This document shows positions 1 through 10,563 of a DNA stretch of 17,787 nt, one piece after another. Source of the DNA: Nitrospinales bacterium (GTDB taxonomy: Bacteria; Nitrospinota; Nitrospinia; Nitrospinales; JAJDAT01); contig JBHHYO010000057.1 in assembly GCA_046757665.1 (NCBI GenBank), forward strand, positions 1 to 17,787. Reading direction: 5' to 3'. The translations under genes and the position numbers were made by a program. The notes under the pieces are model-generated. The model did no database searches, was not told the DNA's origin, and saw only the letters and a list, made by a program, of their open reading frames with translations. Position 1 is the stretch's first letter. Every line of letters starts with the position of its first letter.

Positions 1-30
1 CGGTCATTTTACAATTTAATCCGTCCGTTT

Positions 31-53
31 GGGACTTTTTCAGCAACCTGCTA
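31..53. mobile_element. Probable terminal inverted repeat (right end) of an IS5/IS1182-like element or derived MITE
   Basis: GGGACTTTTTCAGCAACCTGCTA resembles the common '...TTTTTCAGCARCCTGCTA' IS end (reads DFFSNLL in one frame). It directly abuts a 5'-truncated AT-rich ORF. No transposase is in the window. Confidence 0.5.
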
Positions 54-519
54 TATAGCAATAGGAATACGCCGTCAAATCAAAGTTGATAAACAGAGTA
101 TTTCTTTCGCCCGGTTGCTAAAGGAACTTGCCGAGACCCCTTCAATATTATCCAGAAAATACTATACGGGTCTATACAAAAACGAGGGCCTAAAAAGTCT
201 GGATTTTGACCAATTCTGCACAAAAGAAGAAGGAAACCATATCTCACCAAAAATGGTCGAAGCTGACCTCGAAAAGTTAAAACGGATAGCCTCTAACGTG
301 GAAGGCTTTGCGGATAAACGAGTAGCGCACCATGACAGAAAACCGCCAAAAATACTACCCACATTTAATGAGGTAGATGATTGTTTAAAAGTGCTTGACG
401 AGTTGTACGTTAAATATCATTTGATTTTTCACGCAGAGAGTATGGCTTCGCTAATGCCTACATATCAGTACGACTGGAAGGAAATTTTTGAAGTGCCTTG
501 GATTGATTCCAAGGAATAA
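52..519 (+). pseudogene. 5'-truncated HEPN/AbiU2-like protein (C-terminal part)
   Basis: The frame is open upstream of the TTG at 115: from 52 it reads YIAIGIRRQIKVDKQSISFARLLKEL..., later FADKRVAHHD. The IRRQ...SIS..LL and 'DKRVAH' pattern recalls AbiU2-like HEPN domains. AT-rich compared with the core genes. No convincing RBS or start codon. Confidence 0.45.
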
Positions 520-565
520 CCGGAGTTTCATTTCAAGGGGTAGACGAAAATGATCCATCAGAATC

Positions 566-618
566 CGGGTAGAGCTTGAAACGGGTTTTCATGATTTCGC
601 GGGCGATGGGGGCGGCGG
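566..618 (-). repeat. Diverged direct-repeat copy of the mrdA 3' end (matches 943-995)
   Basis: 584-618 is identical to 961-995 (35 bp). 566-618 vs 943-995 has 5 mismatches in 53 bp. The minus strand reads AAPIAREIMKTRFKLYP against mrdA AAPIAREIMKTYFKLYP. Confidence 0.92.
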
Positions 619-686
619 CGATCCCGAGTGCTGGATTGCGTCGCTACGCTCGCAATGACGATTTTTGGGGTCTTTCGGCAACCGGT
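611..686. repeat. REP/MITE-like palindromic element (GGATTGC...CTCGCAATGAC family), partial
   Basis: ctggattgcgtcgctacgctcgcaatgacga (631-661) forms an attgcg/cgcaat hairpin and matches 15770-15803. A left-arm remnant ggcggcggcgatcc (611-624) matches 15728-15743. It is followed by ctttcggcaacc, which resembles the IS-like end at 31-53. Confidence 0.65.
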
Positions 687-755
687 AATCAGTTCGCGGG
701 CCTTGCGACCCAACTCCGGAGGAAATCGCTATCGTGGAGAACAACGCCGCGCGAA

Positions 756-920
756 ATGAACATGATACGAGTAAGAATCTACTATGACCGCGAAGGCGAC
801 CTTTTGGAGGTGTTATTCTCCGACGAGGCGTGGTTTATGCGCGAAACCCACCACGACGACGTGATGGAGCGGGTCAGCCGTCATGACAAGGAAAAACCAC
901 TCGTGGCAAACCTGGTCTAA
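756..920 (+). pseudogene. DUF2283-like small protein remnant (often TA-associated), probably with an internal deletion
   Basis: IRVRIYYDREGDLLEVLFSDEAWFMRETHHDDVMERV fits the DUF2283 N-terminus (YD.EGD.LEV.F....RET..D.VME.V). The usual 'D..G.I.GF.I' segment appears to be missing. No clear RBS. Confidence 0.5.
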
Positions 921-930
921 CGGGAGCAGT

Positions 931-2775
931 TCAGGAGGAGAGCGGATAGAGTTTGAAGTAGGTTTTCATGATTTCGCGGGCGATGGGGGCGGCGGTATGG
1001 CCGCCGTGCCCGCCGTGTTCGACAATGATGGATACGACGATCTCCGGCCGTTCGTACGGGGCGAAGGCGATAAACCAGGCATGGTCACGAAAGCGGTAAG
1101 GGATTTCTTCCTTGTCGAGTTCCTCGTCGCCCTTTTTCATGCCAACCACTTGCGCGGTGCCGGTTTTGCCGGCGACCAGGACGTTTTTGAGGCGCGCCGA
1201 GCGCGCCGTGCCATGCGGCTCGTTGACGACTCCCCGCAAGGCGTCGCGGATCAGCGTCAGGGTTTCCGGCTGGATGTCGATTCGCCGTTCCACCCGCGGA
1301 TGAAATTCCTCCACGACATTTCCATCGGGGTCCTCGATGCGCTTGACCAGGTAGGGCCGGAGCAGGATGCCGCCGTTGGCCACGGCGGCCATCAGGTTCG
1401 CCTGCTGTAACGGGGTGACCAGGTTATAGCCCTGGCCAATGGAAGCGGAGATGGTTTCCCCCGGCAACCAGGATTCGCCCCGCGCCGACTTTTTCCACTC
1501 GGAGGTCGGGATGAGACCCGGTTTTTCTCCGGTCAGGTTTATTTTCGTGTAGCGACCCAACCCGAAGGCCCCGGCATAGCGGGCCAGCCGGTCGATGCCG
1601 AGGTGGTGTCCGACGGTGTAAAAAAACACGTCGCAGGACTGCTTCAAGGCATCGTAAACGGTGATCGCCCCGTGTCCGCCTTTTTTCCAGCAACGATAGG
1701 TTCTGCGTCCGAGACGAAAACTTCCCGGGCATTTGATGACGGTTTCCGGAGTGATGATTTTTTCCTGCAAACCGGCGTAGGCGGTAATGATTTTATAGGT
1801 CGAGCCGGGAGGGTATTGTCCGTCGATCGCCCTGTTTTGCAGGGGGTGCATGGCATCGGCTACGAGGTCCCGCCATTCCGCTCGGGATATACCGGTGGCG
1901 AACCGGTTGGGGTCGAAGGACGGTTTGCTTGTGATGGCGAGGATTTCCCCGGTATGCGCCTTCATGACGACGACGGAGCCCGAGACGGGGTTTTCCGGTG
2001 TTCCGGCCATTAACCGCTCCACCGTTTGCTGAACGCGCTGGTCCAGGGTCAGGATCAAGTGGTTGCCGCTTTTCGGCGGAAGCCGGTTCACGACCCGGAG
2101 GTCTCTTCCGGAAACGTCCACCTCGACTTCCTGGTAGCCCTTTTGTCCGCGCAGGAAATTTTCATAGACGCTTTCGAGCCCATCCTTGCCGATCAGGTCG
2201 CCTTGCCGGTAATTGGCGTACCGGGGGTTTTCCAGCTTGGCCCTGGAGATTTCTCCCAGGAAGCCCAGGGTTTGGGAGGCCATGTCGTCATACACATAAT
2301 TTCTCAAGGGCACCACTTTGAGGTTGACGCCCGGCAGGCTCAATTTATTTTCCTCCAGGATGGCCACTTCCTGGCGGCTGATGTCCGCTTTCACGAGGAC
2401 GTCCTGGAACGGGCGGGCCTTGCGGAGGTTTTGTTTTGCCTTGTCGCCGTCGAAGTCGATTTTCCGCGCCAGCGCGGTCAGGGTTTTCGACAGGTCCTTG
2501 ACATCTTCCGGCCGGATGTAGAGGTTGAAGGACGGGCGGATGTTGACCAGGGTTTCACCGTTCCGGTCCTTCATCATTCCCCGGTAGCCGGGCAAGGAAA
2601 CCAAACGGATGCGGTTGCTTTCCGACATGCCGCGGAAATGCTGGCTTTTGATGATTTGCAGGTACCAAATCCGCATCCACAAACCCAGAAAGCCTACAAT
2701 CACCAGGATCGCAAAAATCTTGATCCGCTTGCGGACATCCTCGGAAACATCCGCCTTGTACTGGTAAAGACTCAT
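931..2775 (-). CDS. mrdA: Penicillin-binding protein 2 (elongation transpeptidase)
   Basis: N-terminal TM, dimerisation domain and catalytic motifs SxxK (PGSTYK), SxD (SCDVFFY) and KTG (AGKTGTAQ). Follows mreD with a 4-bp ATGA overlap. Confidence 0.96.
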   Translation of the reverse strand: MSLYQYKADVSEDVRKRIKIFAILVIVGFLGLWMRIWYLQIIKSQHFRGMSESNRIRLVSLPGYRGMMKDRNGETLVNIRPSFNLYIRPEDVKDLSKTLTALARKIDFDGDKAKQNLRKARPFQDVLVKADISRQEVAILEENKLSLPGVNLKVVPLRNYVYDDMASQTLGFLGEISRAKLENPRYANYRQGDLIGKDGLESVYENFLRGQKGYQEVEVDVSGRDLRVVNRLPPKSGNHLILTLDQRVQQTVERLMAGTPENPVSGSVVVMKAHTGEILAITSKPSFDPNRFATGISRAEWRDLVADAMHPLQNRAIDGQYPPGSTYKIITAYAGLQEKIITPETVIKCPGSFRLGRRTYRCWKKGGHGAITVYDALKQSCDVFFYTVGHHLGIDRLARYAGAFGLGRYTKINLTGEKPGLIPTSEWKKSARGESWLPGETISASIGQGYNLVTPLQQANLMAAVANGGILLRPYLVKRIEDPDGNVVEEFHPRVERRIDIQPETLTLIRDALRGVVNEPHGTARSARLKNVLVAGKTGTAQVVGMKKGDEELDKEEIPYRFRDHAWFIAFAPYERPEIVVSIIVEHGGHGGHTAAPIAREIMKTYFKLYPLSS

Positions 2776-3278
2776 AACGAGAACGTGGGGTTCTTCCGTT
2801 GGAAACGTTTTTTGATCCGGTTGAGAACGAGAAACAGCAGGGGGCCGGCAACGGCGTTATAAACGGCAAAAACCGGGAGCGAGGTGAGGAAAAATCCCTC
2901 GGGCATCCCCCCCTTTAACAAGATAGCGGAAACGGCATAGTAAACCAAGCCGTCAAAAAAAGCAGCCAGGGCCAGCAACAGGCAAACCGTGGGGATATTT
3001 TCGAGCAACAACTGGTCTTTCAGGTTGGAGATGAACAGGCCGATCAGGCTTTTGGAAAGCATGTTGACGCCGAGCAGTCCCCCGGAAAGGCAGTCTTGCA
3101 GGAACCCCGTGGCTCCCGCCAGGGCCACTCCGGTATTCCCCTGAAAATAAATCCCGCAATACAGGGCGAAGATCAGCGCCAGGTCGGGCGTCACTCCGGC
3201 GACGGAAAACAGGCCGAGCCAGGTGGTCTGGACGGCAAACAGGAGAATTAAAAACAGGGAATAGCCTAAAAAAGCCAT
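2772..3278 (-). CDS. mreD: Rod shape-determining membrane protein MreD
   Basis: 168-aa hydrophobic protein with PDLALI and G..QD..S.G.LG motifs, lying between mreC and mrdA. Confidence 0.92.
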   Translation of the reverse strand: MAFLGYSLFLILLFAVQTTWLGLFSVAGVTPDLALIFALYCGIYFQGNTGVALAGATGFLQDCLSGGLLGVNMLSKSLIGLFISNLKDQLLLENIPTVCLLLALAAFFDGLVYYAVSAILLKGGMPEGFFLTSLPVFAVYNAVAGPLLFLVLNRIKKRFQRKNPTFSL

Positions 3279-3282
3279 GGCG

Positions 3283-4110
3283 TTATTTTTCCATTCCGCG
3301 CAAAAGCACGAGCACTTCCTCCAGCCGGGCGAGGTCGGCGTTTGGGGTGGCGGTAATTTTCTGGAACAGGCCTTGTTTCTTTTTCGTCACCCGGGCCACG
3401 GTACCCACGACCAGCCCCTTGGGGAAAATGGCGCCCATGCCGGAGGAAATAATTTTGTCGCCGACATGGACGACAGCGTCGATGGGCACAAACCGCACGT
3501 CGCACTCTTCCCCGCCGGTTCCCACCATCACGCCGGAAACGCGGGACCCCTGGAACAGGACATCGACGGCGCTTCGACTATCGGTGATCAGGAGGACCTT
3601 GGAGGCATTGGCGCCGGCCTGAATCACGCGCCCGACCACTCCCAGGTGCGTGACCACGGCGTAATTTTCGCGGATGCCCCGGTTGACCCCCTTGTCGATA
3701 AAAACGACTTTCGACCATTGCGTCGCGTCCCTGCCGATGACGGACGCCGCCTCGACCCGCCCCTCCCGGCCGCCTTGACGCTCCAGGAGGTTACGGATTC
3801 TTTCATGATGGAGCAATTGTTCCCGCAAACGGTTTTTCTCCTGCTTCAAGAGAGCGACTTGCCGTTTCAGGGCTTCATTTTCCCTGGAGACCTCGACGAG
3901 GAAGAGATAATGGTTCACGACCTCGGAAACCGAGTCGACGGCGCTTGTGAAGAGGGACTGAAAAGGCGAAACGATCCAGACAAAAGGGGACTCGAGGAAG
4001 TCCGCGGTCTTGTCGGATTTGATATTGATGGTGATCAGGGCGAAGGCGATCAGGAAAATCGAGGAGAGGACAACGACGAGGTTTTTTCCTTTGGCTTCCT
4101 TGTTCAACAC
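3283..4110 (-). CDS. mreC: Rod shape-determining protein MreC
   Basis: N-terminal TM, coiled coil (ENEALKRQV), ASVIGRD, IDKG, GVVGRV and SSGMGAIFPKGLVVGTV motifs. GTG start. Confidence 0.95.
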   Translation of the reverse strand: MLNKEAKGKNLVVVLSSIFLIAFALITINIKSDKTADFLESPFVWIVSPFQSLFTSAVDSVSEVVNHYLFLVEVSRENEALKRQVALLKQEKNRLREQLLHHERIRNLLERQGGREGRVEAASVIGRDATQWSKVVFIDKGVNRGIRENYAVVTHLGVVGRVIQAGANASKVLLITDSRSAVDVLFQGSRVSGVMVGTGGEECDVRFVPIDAVVHVGDKIISSGMGAIFPKGLVVGTVARVTKKKQGLFQKITATPNADLARLEEVLVLLRGMEK

Positions 4111-4112
4111 AA

Positions 4113-5144
<1,032 letters not shown>

Positions 5145-5203
5145 TTAAAGGTCTGCGTAACTATTTGTTTTTTAATTTTTAAGTAAATCCCAGCTCGTTT
5201 ATC

Positions 5204-5232
5204 TTTATAACAAGCGGCATGGTAAATTTCAA
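5204..5232 (-). promoter_or_regulatory. Sigma70-type promoter for mreBCD-mrdA
   Basis: Minus strand TTGAAA (5232-5227), 17 bp, TATAAA (5209-5204), with an extended -10 TGn. Confidence 0.65.
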
Positions 5233-5305
5233 CCTAAAACCAAAGCCGCCAGCGGGTACGGCTCCGCGAAACCGGGTGAACCGGCCTGTTTTACTTTATT
5301 AAAAG

Positions 5306-5335
5306 TTGTGTTCCACCGCCGACGTTGTATATAAT
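5306..5335 (+). promoter_or_regulatory. Sigma70-type promoter for ppiD
   Basis: TTGTGT (5306-5311), 18 bp, TATAAT (5330-5335). RBS AAGGAG at 5371-5376 precedes ATG 5386. Confidence 0.55.
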
Positions 5336-5385
5336 GTTTAGTTCAAAATTATTCTGAAAAGACCTACGCAAAGGAGCCTTCCCTA

Positions 5386-7326
5386 ATGTTGCATCTCGTG
5401 AGAAAACATGCCGATTCCTGGCTGATTAAAAGCATATTATGGGTTATCGTTTTTGCCTTCGTCGGCACCATTTTTTATTCCTGGGGCATGGGCGGGGCAT
5501 CCTCATCGCGTGGGGGAGTTGTGGCAACCGTCAACGGCGTCAAAATCAACCAGGGTGAATACCAAAAAACCTTCAACAGCCTGATCGATTATTACCGGAA
5601 CCAGTTCCGGAACCAGTTTTCGCAGGATATGATCGAAAAGCTGGATTTGAAAACCGCCGCCCTGGACGGTTTGATCCAGAAAAAACTTCTGCTTCTGCAA
5701 GCCAGTGAAAATCACATCCGCGTCACCGACGATGAATTGATCGGTCATATAAAGAAAATTCCCACTTTCCAGAGAGACAACAAATTCAATTCCCGGATTT
5801 ATCAAAACTACCTGAAATACCAGCGCACCAGCCCCCAGGAATTCGAATCGAACCAGCGGGAAGCATTACTGATGGGAAAAGTCGAGCAACTGATCAAGGA
5901 CCAGGTCGTCGTCTCGGAAAATGAAGTGCTCGAGGCGTTCAAGCAGGAAGAAGACAAAGTAAAGTTCGATTACGTCGTGTTGCCCGAGGACTATTTCAAG
6001 GCTCTTGGAAAAATCACGGAAGAGGAGAAAAAAGAATTTTACGAGAAAAACAAATTCCTCTTCGAAAAACCCGAGCAGATCAAGGTTCAATACGTCAAAC
6101 TGGACAACAAAAAGTTTTCGTCCGAGATCACGCCCAGCGAGGAAGACATCCAGGATTATTACAAATCCCAGGTTGCCCTGTTTTTCCAGGAGGAAAAATT
6201 CCGGGCAAGCCACATTCTATTCAGTATCCGCCCGCCGGATTTTGATGAAAACGCTCCCAAGGAGGAAAAGGAAAAGAAGCTGAACGAAGAACGGGAGAAA
6301 GCCAGGAAAGAGGCGGAAACGGTTCTCAAAAAAATCAGGGGCGGCGTGGATTTCGCCAAGATGGCCAAAACTCACTCCGATGACAAGGCGTCGGGAGCCG
6401 TCGGCGGCGACTTGGGCCAGTTCGGCCGCGGCACAATGGTTGCGCCGTTTGAAAAAGCCCTGGACAAGTTGAAACCAGGCGAGATCAGCGATCCGGTGCT
6501 CACGCCTTTCGGATACCATATCATCCGGCTCGACGAAAAAAAAGAAGCGAGAACCCAGCCCCTGGAAGAGGTTCGGGACACCATCATTCAAAATTTGAAA
6601 GAAATCAAGTCGCGTCAAAGGGTCCGCCGAATCATCAAGCGCATCAGCCGTTCCGCAAGGGCCGACAACGACCTGGCCCGCGCCGCCATGGAACAGGAAA
6701 GCGAAGTCAAAGTCACCGACTTCATCTCACGCGAAGAGCATGAAGTCGCGGATATCGGTGTCGTGCCCGAGTTTTTCAATACGGCTTTTCTGCTCAAGGA
6801 CCATCAGGTGAGCGACCCCGTTTTCACCGCGGAGGCTTCTTATCTCCTGAAAATCAAGGAAAGGAAACCCGCTTATATTCAGGACATCGCCGATGTGCAG
6901 GAACTGCTGACCGAAGCCATTCGCCGCGAAAAGAGCACGACGCTCACTGCCGAAAACGTCAAAGTATTTGCCGACCAGATCAAGAAAAACAAAACCCTCA
7001 AAAAAGTCGCTAAAAGCGCGGGGCTCGAGATCAAGCACACGCCCTTTTTCAGCGCCTTGGACTCCATCCCGGGCATCGGCGCCGTTCAATCCATCAAGGA
7101 TGAAGTGTTTGCCCTGGATAAAGAAGACACCACCATGGCGTTCGCCAACAGAAAATATTACCTGATTCAGGTAACCGACAAGCTACCCGCGGGCGAACCC
7201 GACGAAACGCAACTCAAATCCATTTACACGCGATTGCGAAAATCCAAGGGCGACCTTATTTTCAACGACTGGATAACTGCCTTGCGGGAAAACTCCCAGA
7301 TCATGATCGACCGGACGTTGCTGTAA
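5386..7326 (+). CDS. ppiD: PpiD-like membrane-anchored periplasmic chaperone / parvulin peptidyl-prolyl isomerase (SurA N-terminal domain)
   Basis: 646 aa. N-terminal TM, VATVNG, and parvulin motifs ASHILF, SDD..S...GGDLG.F.RGTMV.PFE and TPFGYHII. Confidence 0.88.
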   Translation: MLHLVRKHADSWLIKSILWVIVFAFVGTIFYSWGMGGASSSRGGVVATVNGVKINQGEYQKTFNSLIDYYRNQFRNQFSQDMIEKLDLKTAALDGLIQKKLLLLQASENHIRVTDDELIGHIKKIPTFQRDNKFNSRIYQNYLKYQRTSPQEFESNQREALLMGKVEQLIKDQVVVSENEVLEAFKQEEDKVKFDYVVLPEDYFKALGKITEEEKKEFYEKNKFLFEKPEQIKVQYVKLDNKKFSSEITPSEEDIQDYYKSQVALFFQEEKFRASHILFSIRPPDFDENAPKEEKEKKLNEEREKARKEAETVLKKIRGGVDFAKMAKTHSDDKASGAVGGDLGQFGRGTMVAPFEKALDKLKPGEISDPVLTPFGYHIIRLDEKKEARTQPLEEVRDTIIQNLKEIKSRQRVRRIIKRISRSARADNDLARAAMEQESEVKVTDFISREEHEVADIGVVPEFFNTAFLLKDHQVSDPVFTAEASYLLKIKERKPAYIQDIADVQELLTEAIRREKSTTLTAENVKVFADQIKKNKTLKKVAKSAGLEIKHTPFFSALDSIPGIGAVQSIKDEVFALDKEDTTMAFANRKYYLIQVTDKLPAGEPDETQLKSIYTRLRKSKGDLIFNDWITALRENSQIMIDRTLL

Positions 7327-7356
7327 ACCGCCGCACACGGCGCGCCGCCGGGCAAA

Positions 7357-8709
7357 TCAAATCGCCCGGTTGATCCGCAAAACCTTATCCACCAGGGACT
7401 CCACATCGTCGGCGATCACCCGGATCATCTCTTCCTTCCCCATGCCGCCGAGGTCATAGATAATGTCCGGAACTTTTCCGTAATCGCGGATGGCCTTTGC
7501 CGTTCCCCATTCCAGGCTGGACCCTTCTCTTGTCCTGACATGCCGGGGTTCGTTCGAGCGGCTGAAGGAAGCGATTTTGAATTTCAGGCGCTTGCAGATT
7601 TTCAAAATGGCGCCGCTATACTTGAGGTTCATTACGGCCCGCTTGGAAGGGTCGAACCGCATCACCGTCAAGACAATGTGCGCGACATGTTTGGAAGCGC
7701 CAAATTCCGGCGGCGCGGGGACGAGGATATCCCGCCCTTTTTTTACGATGCGCGCCGGGAAAGCGATGACATCGCCCTCAACGCTTGCCGCCCTCAGGCC
7801 CACGCCGATGTTGGACTGGACTTCCGGGATCAATGCGCCGATTTTATTTTCCCGCAAAACTTCTACTGCCGCGGCAACACGCTGAAACAAGTCGAGCCGC
7901 TCCCGGCTCTCGTAAAGCGACGACAAGGGTTCCAGGTTAGTTGCGCCGTTTCCCGCTTGAACGGCCTGCCCTGCTTGCAGGATCGCCTGGCTGATGAATT
8001 TCTTGGCTTGCCGGACCGCCGACGGCAAGTCCTGCCCCGAGGCCAGCCCCGCAACGATAGCCGCGGAAAACACACAGCCGGTTCCATGCAGGTTGCCGCG
8101 AGCCAACCGCCGGGACTCCAAAATCACCGCGTGGCGGCCATCGTAGAACAGGTCGTCGGCGTTGCCTCTGGCATGACCGCCCTTGATCAGGACATTCTTT
8201 ACTCCGGTTTTCAGGATCGCCCGTGCCGCCTTGATCCGATCCGCCGGAGTGACGATCCGCAGGCCGGACAGGGCCTCCGCTTCCGGCAGGTTGGGCGTAA
8301 CCAGCAAGGCGAGCGGCAGTAATTTCGATTTCAACGCTTCCACGCCTTTGCCGGACAACAAGGTTTTCCGGCTTGAGGAGCGGATCACGGGATCGACCAC
8401 GATTTTTCTTATGCGGTAACGCCGCAATCGATCCGCCACGCATTCTACCAATGTCTCGTTGCCCAGCATCCCGGTTTTCACCGCCGAGGGCCTTGAATCG
8501 GAGAAAACCGAATTCAACTGCGCGGCGACCACTTCAACGGGAAGGTCGTAAGTTTCCTGAACGCCTCGAGAATTCTGCGACGTGACGGAGGTGATGACGG
8601 AAACGCCGGGGACCTCATGCGCCGCGAAAGTTTTGAGGTCGGCCTGGATTCCCGCGCCGCCGGACGGATCGGAGCCCGCTATGGTCAAAGCCGGTTTTGT
8701 CATTTTCAT
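7357..8709 (-). CDS. thiD: Bifunctional HMP/HMP-P kinase ThiD fused to ThiN-type thiamine-phosphate synthase (ThiDN)
   Basis: ThiD motifs: [49 protein letters not shown]. The C-terminal ~185 aa has ThiN motifs: [51 protein letters not shown]. Start could be 8703. Confidence 0.9.
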   Translation of the reverse strand: MKMTKPALTIAGSDPSGGAGIQADLKTFAAHEVPGVSVITSVTSQNSRGVQETYDLPVEVVAAQLNSVFSDSRPSAVKTGMLGNETLVECVADRLRRYRIRKIVVDPVIRSSSRKTLLSGKGVEALKSKLLPLALLVTPNLPEAEALSGLRIVTPADRIKAARAILKTGVKNVLIKGGHARGNADDLFYDGRHAVILESRRLARGNLHGTGCVFSAAIVAGLASGQDLPSAVRQAKKFISQAILQAGQAVQAGNGATNLEPLSSLYESRERLDLFQRVAAAVEVLRENKIGALIPEVQSNIGVGLRAASVEGDVIAFPARIVKKGRDILVPAPPEFGASKHVAHIVLTVMRFDPSKRAVMNLKYSGAILKICKRLKFKIASFSRSNEPRHVRTREGSSLEWGTAKAIRDYGKVPDIIYDLGGMGKEEMIRVIADDVESLVDKVLRINRAI

Positions 8710-8722
8710 TTTTCGTTTTTTC

Positions 8723-10543
8723 TTATCCCACGGTCACGGATTTGGCCAGGGCGCGCGGTTTGTCGATGTTGCGCTTGAGAGACGTCGCCGTAAAATACGC
8801 GAACAACTGGGCGATCACCATTTGCAGGAAAGGCGCTATGATCGGGGAAACGGAGGGCAGGATCAATTCTTCGCTGAACAGATTCTTGTTTTTTCCCCGG
8901 GCGCCGAAATGAATCCCCAGAACAAAACCGGAGCGCGCGCGGATTTCCTCCAGACTGCGCAGTGTCGATTCGTAAAGGTCTTTTTCGCATTCCGGCGGGA
9001 AAAAAATAATGGAATAGATGTCCTCGTCGATCATAGCCAGGGTGCCGTGTTTCAGGAACCCGCCCGGCATCCCTTCCGCATGGACATAGGCCACTTCCTT
9101 CATTTTCAACGCCGACTCCAGGGCGATGGGATAGTAAACGCCGCGCCCCAAGTACAGCCAGTGCTTGACGTTTCGGTATTTGTGGGCGATTCGGTGAATG
9201 AACCCGGAGCGTTCGTTCAAAATGCCGTGAATGATTTCCGGCAGTTCGTGAAGTTCGGCGATGGATTTGTCAAATTCTCTGCGCGTGATTTGCTTTTTTT
9301 TCACGGCCAGGCGCAGGGCGATCATCAGCAGGATCACCATTTGCGAAAAAGCCGCCTTGGTGCTGATAACGCATATTTCCGGTCCCGAGCCTTGCAGAAT
9401 GGTTTTATCGACAAGCCGCGCCATGGACGACCCCATCATATTGACGATGGCCGCGGTTTTTGCCCCCCGCGTCCTGGCGTATTTCAACGCCGCGAGGGTA
9501 TCGTAGGTTTCGCCGGATTGGGAAATCGCCAGGACCGCGCTTTTCCTGTTCACCTTGGCGAGGGAAGCGAATTCGTCGGAACTGATGGACGGCAGGAACT
9601 CTCCCGCCAGGCTGGAAAACGCATACTTGCCGAATTTTGCCACATAATAAGTTGTTCCCACCCCCACCAGATACGCGGTGTCGCTGTGCAGAATCATTTC
9701 CGCCACGTCATCCAGGACCTCCGGGTCCGCCTCCAGCGCGTTGATGACCGTTTGCGGTTGCTCGTAAATTTCCTTGAGCATGTAATGGGGATAGCCGCTC
9801 TTCTTGGAGGCTTCGCCGTCCCATTCGATTTTCATAATCGTTTTGGGTATTTCTTCCCCGGTCACCCGGTTTTTTACGATATAGCTGTCCTTGGAAAGAA
9901 TGGCATATTCCCCATCCTCGATAATGACGGCGTTCTTCGTAAAATCGATGAATGAGTTGAGGTCGGAGCCGACGAACTTCTGTTCGTCGCCGATTCCCAG
10001 CATCAGCGGCGACTCGCGCTTGGCGCAGAAAATCTGGCCCGGTTGGTGAACGCAAAGAAATGCCAGGGCAAAGGTACCGTCCAACGAATCCAGGGTTTTC
10101 CTCAAGGCCGATTCCACATCATGGTCCTCGCGGAAAAATTTCTCCAGAAGATGCGGGATAACTTCGGTGTCGGTCTCGGAGACGAATTGATGCCCTTCCT
10201 CCCGGAGCGTTTCCCTCAAGGCCCGGTAATTGGAGATGATGCCGTTGTGAACCACCGCGAAACTTTTGTCGCAAGAGGAAAACGGATGGGTGTTGTCCCG
10301 CGTGACCGTGCCGTGAGTCGCCCATCGGGTATGGGCAATGCCGATCTTGCTTTTGTGCCGCAGGACGTTGTCTTTTCGATAAAATGTTTCAACGTCGCCG
10401 ACGTTCTTTTTAAGAACGAGGTGTCCCCGGTTCATGAGGGCGACGCCGCAGGAGTCGTACCCCCGATACTCCAGGTTGCGAATACACTGGAACAACGAGG
10501 CCGAAATATCTTTCAATCCGACAATGCCACTGATGCCGCACAT
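8723..10543 (-). CDS. glmS: Glutamine--fructose-6-phosphate transaminase (isomerizing)
   Basis: N-terminal MCGI (catalytic Cys), [43 protein letters not shown] and C-terminal [10 protein letters not shown]. Confidence 0.94.
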   Translation of the reverse strand: MCGISGIVGLKDISASLFQCIRNLEYRGYDSCGVALMNRGHLVLKKNVGDVETFYRKDNVLRHKSKIGIAHTRWATHGTVTRDNTHPFSSCDKSFAVVHNGIISNYRALRETLREEGHQFVSETDTEVIPHLLEKFFREDHDVESALRKTLDSLDGTFALAFLCVHQPGQIFCAKRESPLMLGIGDEQKFVGSDLNSFIDFTKNAVIIEDGEYAILSKDSYIVKNRVTGEEIPKTIMKIEWDGEASKKSGYPHYMLKEIYEQPQTVINALEADPEVLDDVAEMILHSDTAYLVGVGTTYYVAKFGKYAFSSLAGEFLPSISSDEFASLAKVNRKSAVLAISQSGETYDTLAALKYARTRGAKTAAIVNMMGSSMARLVDKTILQGSGPEICVISTKAAFSQMVILLMIALRLAVKKKQITRREFDKSIAELHELPEIIHGILNERSGFIHRIAHKYRNVKHWLYLGRGVYYPIALESALKMKEVAYVHAEGMPGGFLKHGTLAMIDEDIYSIIFFPPECEKDLYESTLRSLEEIRARSGFVLGIHFGARGKNKNLFSEELILPSVSPIIAPFLQMVIAQLFAYFTATSLKRNIDKPRALAKSVTVG

Positions 10544-10563
10544 GAGAAGGGCTCGCTCGACGG

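Noticed and set aside
576-755. N-terminal half of the 114-aa ORF 576-920
   Set aside because: It is the translation of the antisense mrdA copy and the REP palindrome, not protein-like sequence.
510-930. Integron cassette array (GTCTAAC at the DUF2283 stop resembles an attC R'' box)
   Set aside because: No complementary GTTRRRY or attC palindrome follows, and there is no integrase.
566-995. DGR template/variable repeat pair
   Set aside because: Only 53 bp, the mismatches are not adenine-specific on one strand, there is no reverse transcriptase in the window, and the target is a core PBP2.
8582-9955. Long antisense ORF (457 aa) and other shadow ORFs opposite mrdA, mreBC, thiDN and mtaB
   Set aside because: They overlap well-supported genes, have no recognisable motifs, and are expected from GC-rich codon usage.
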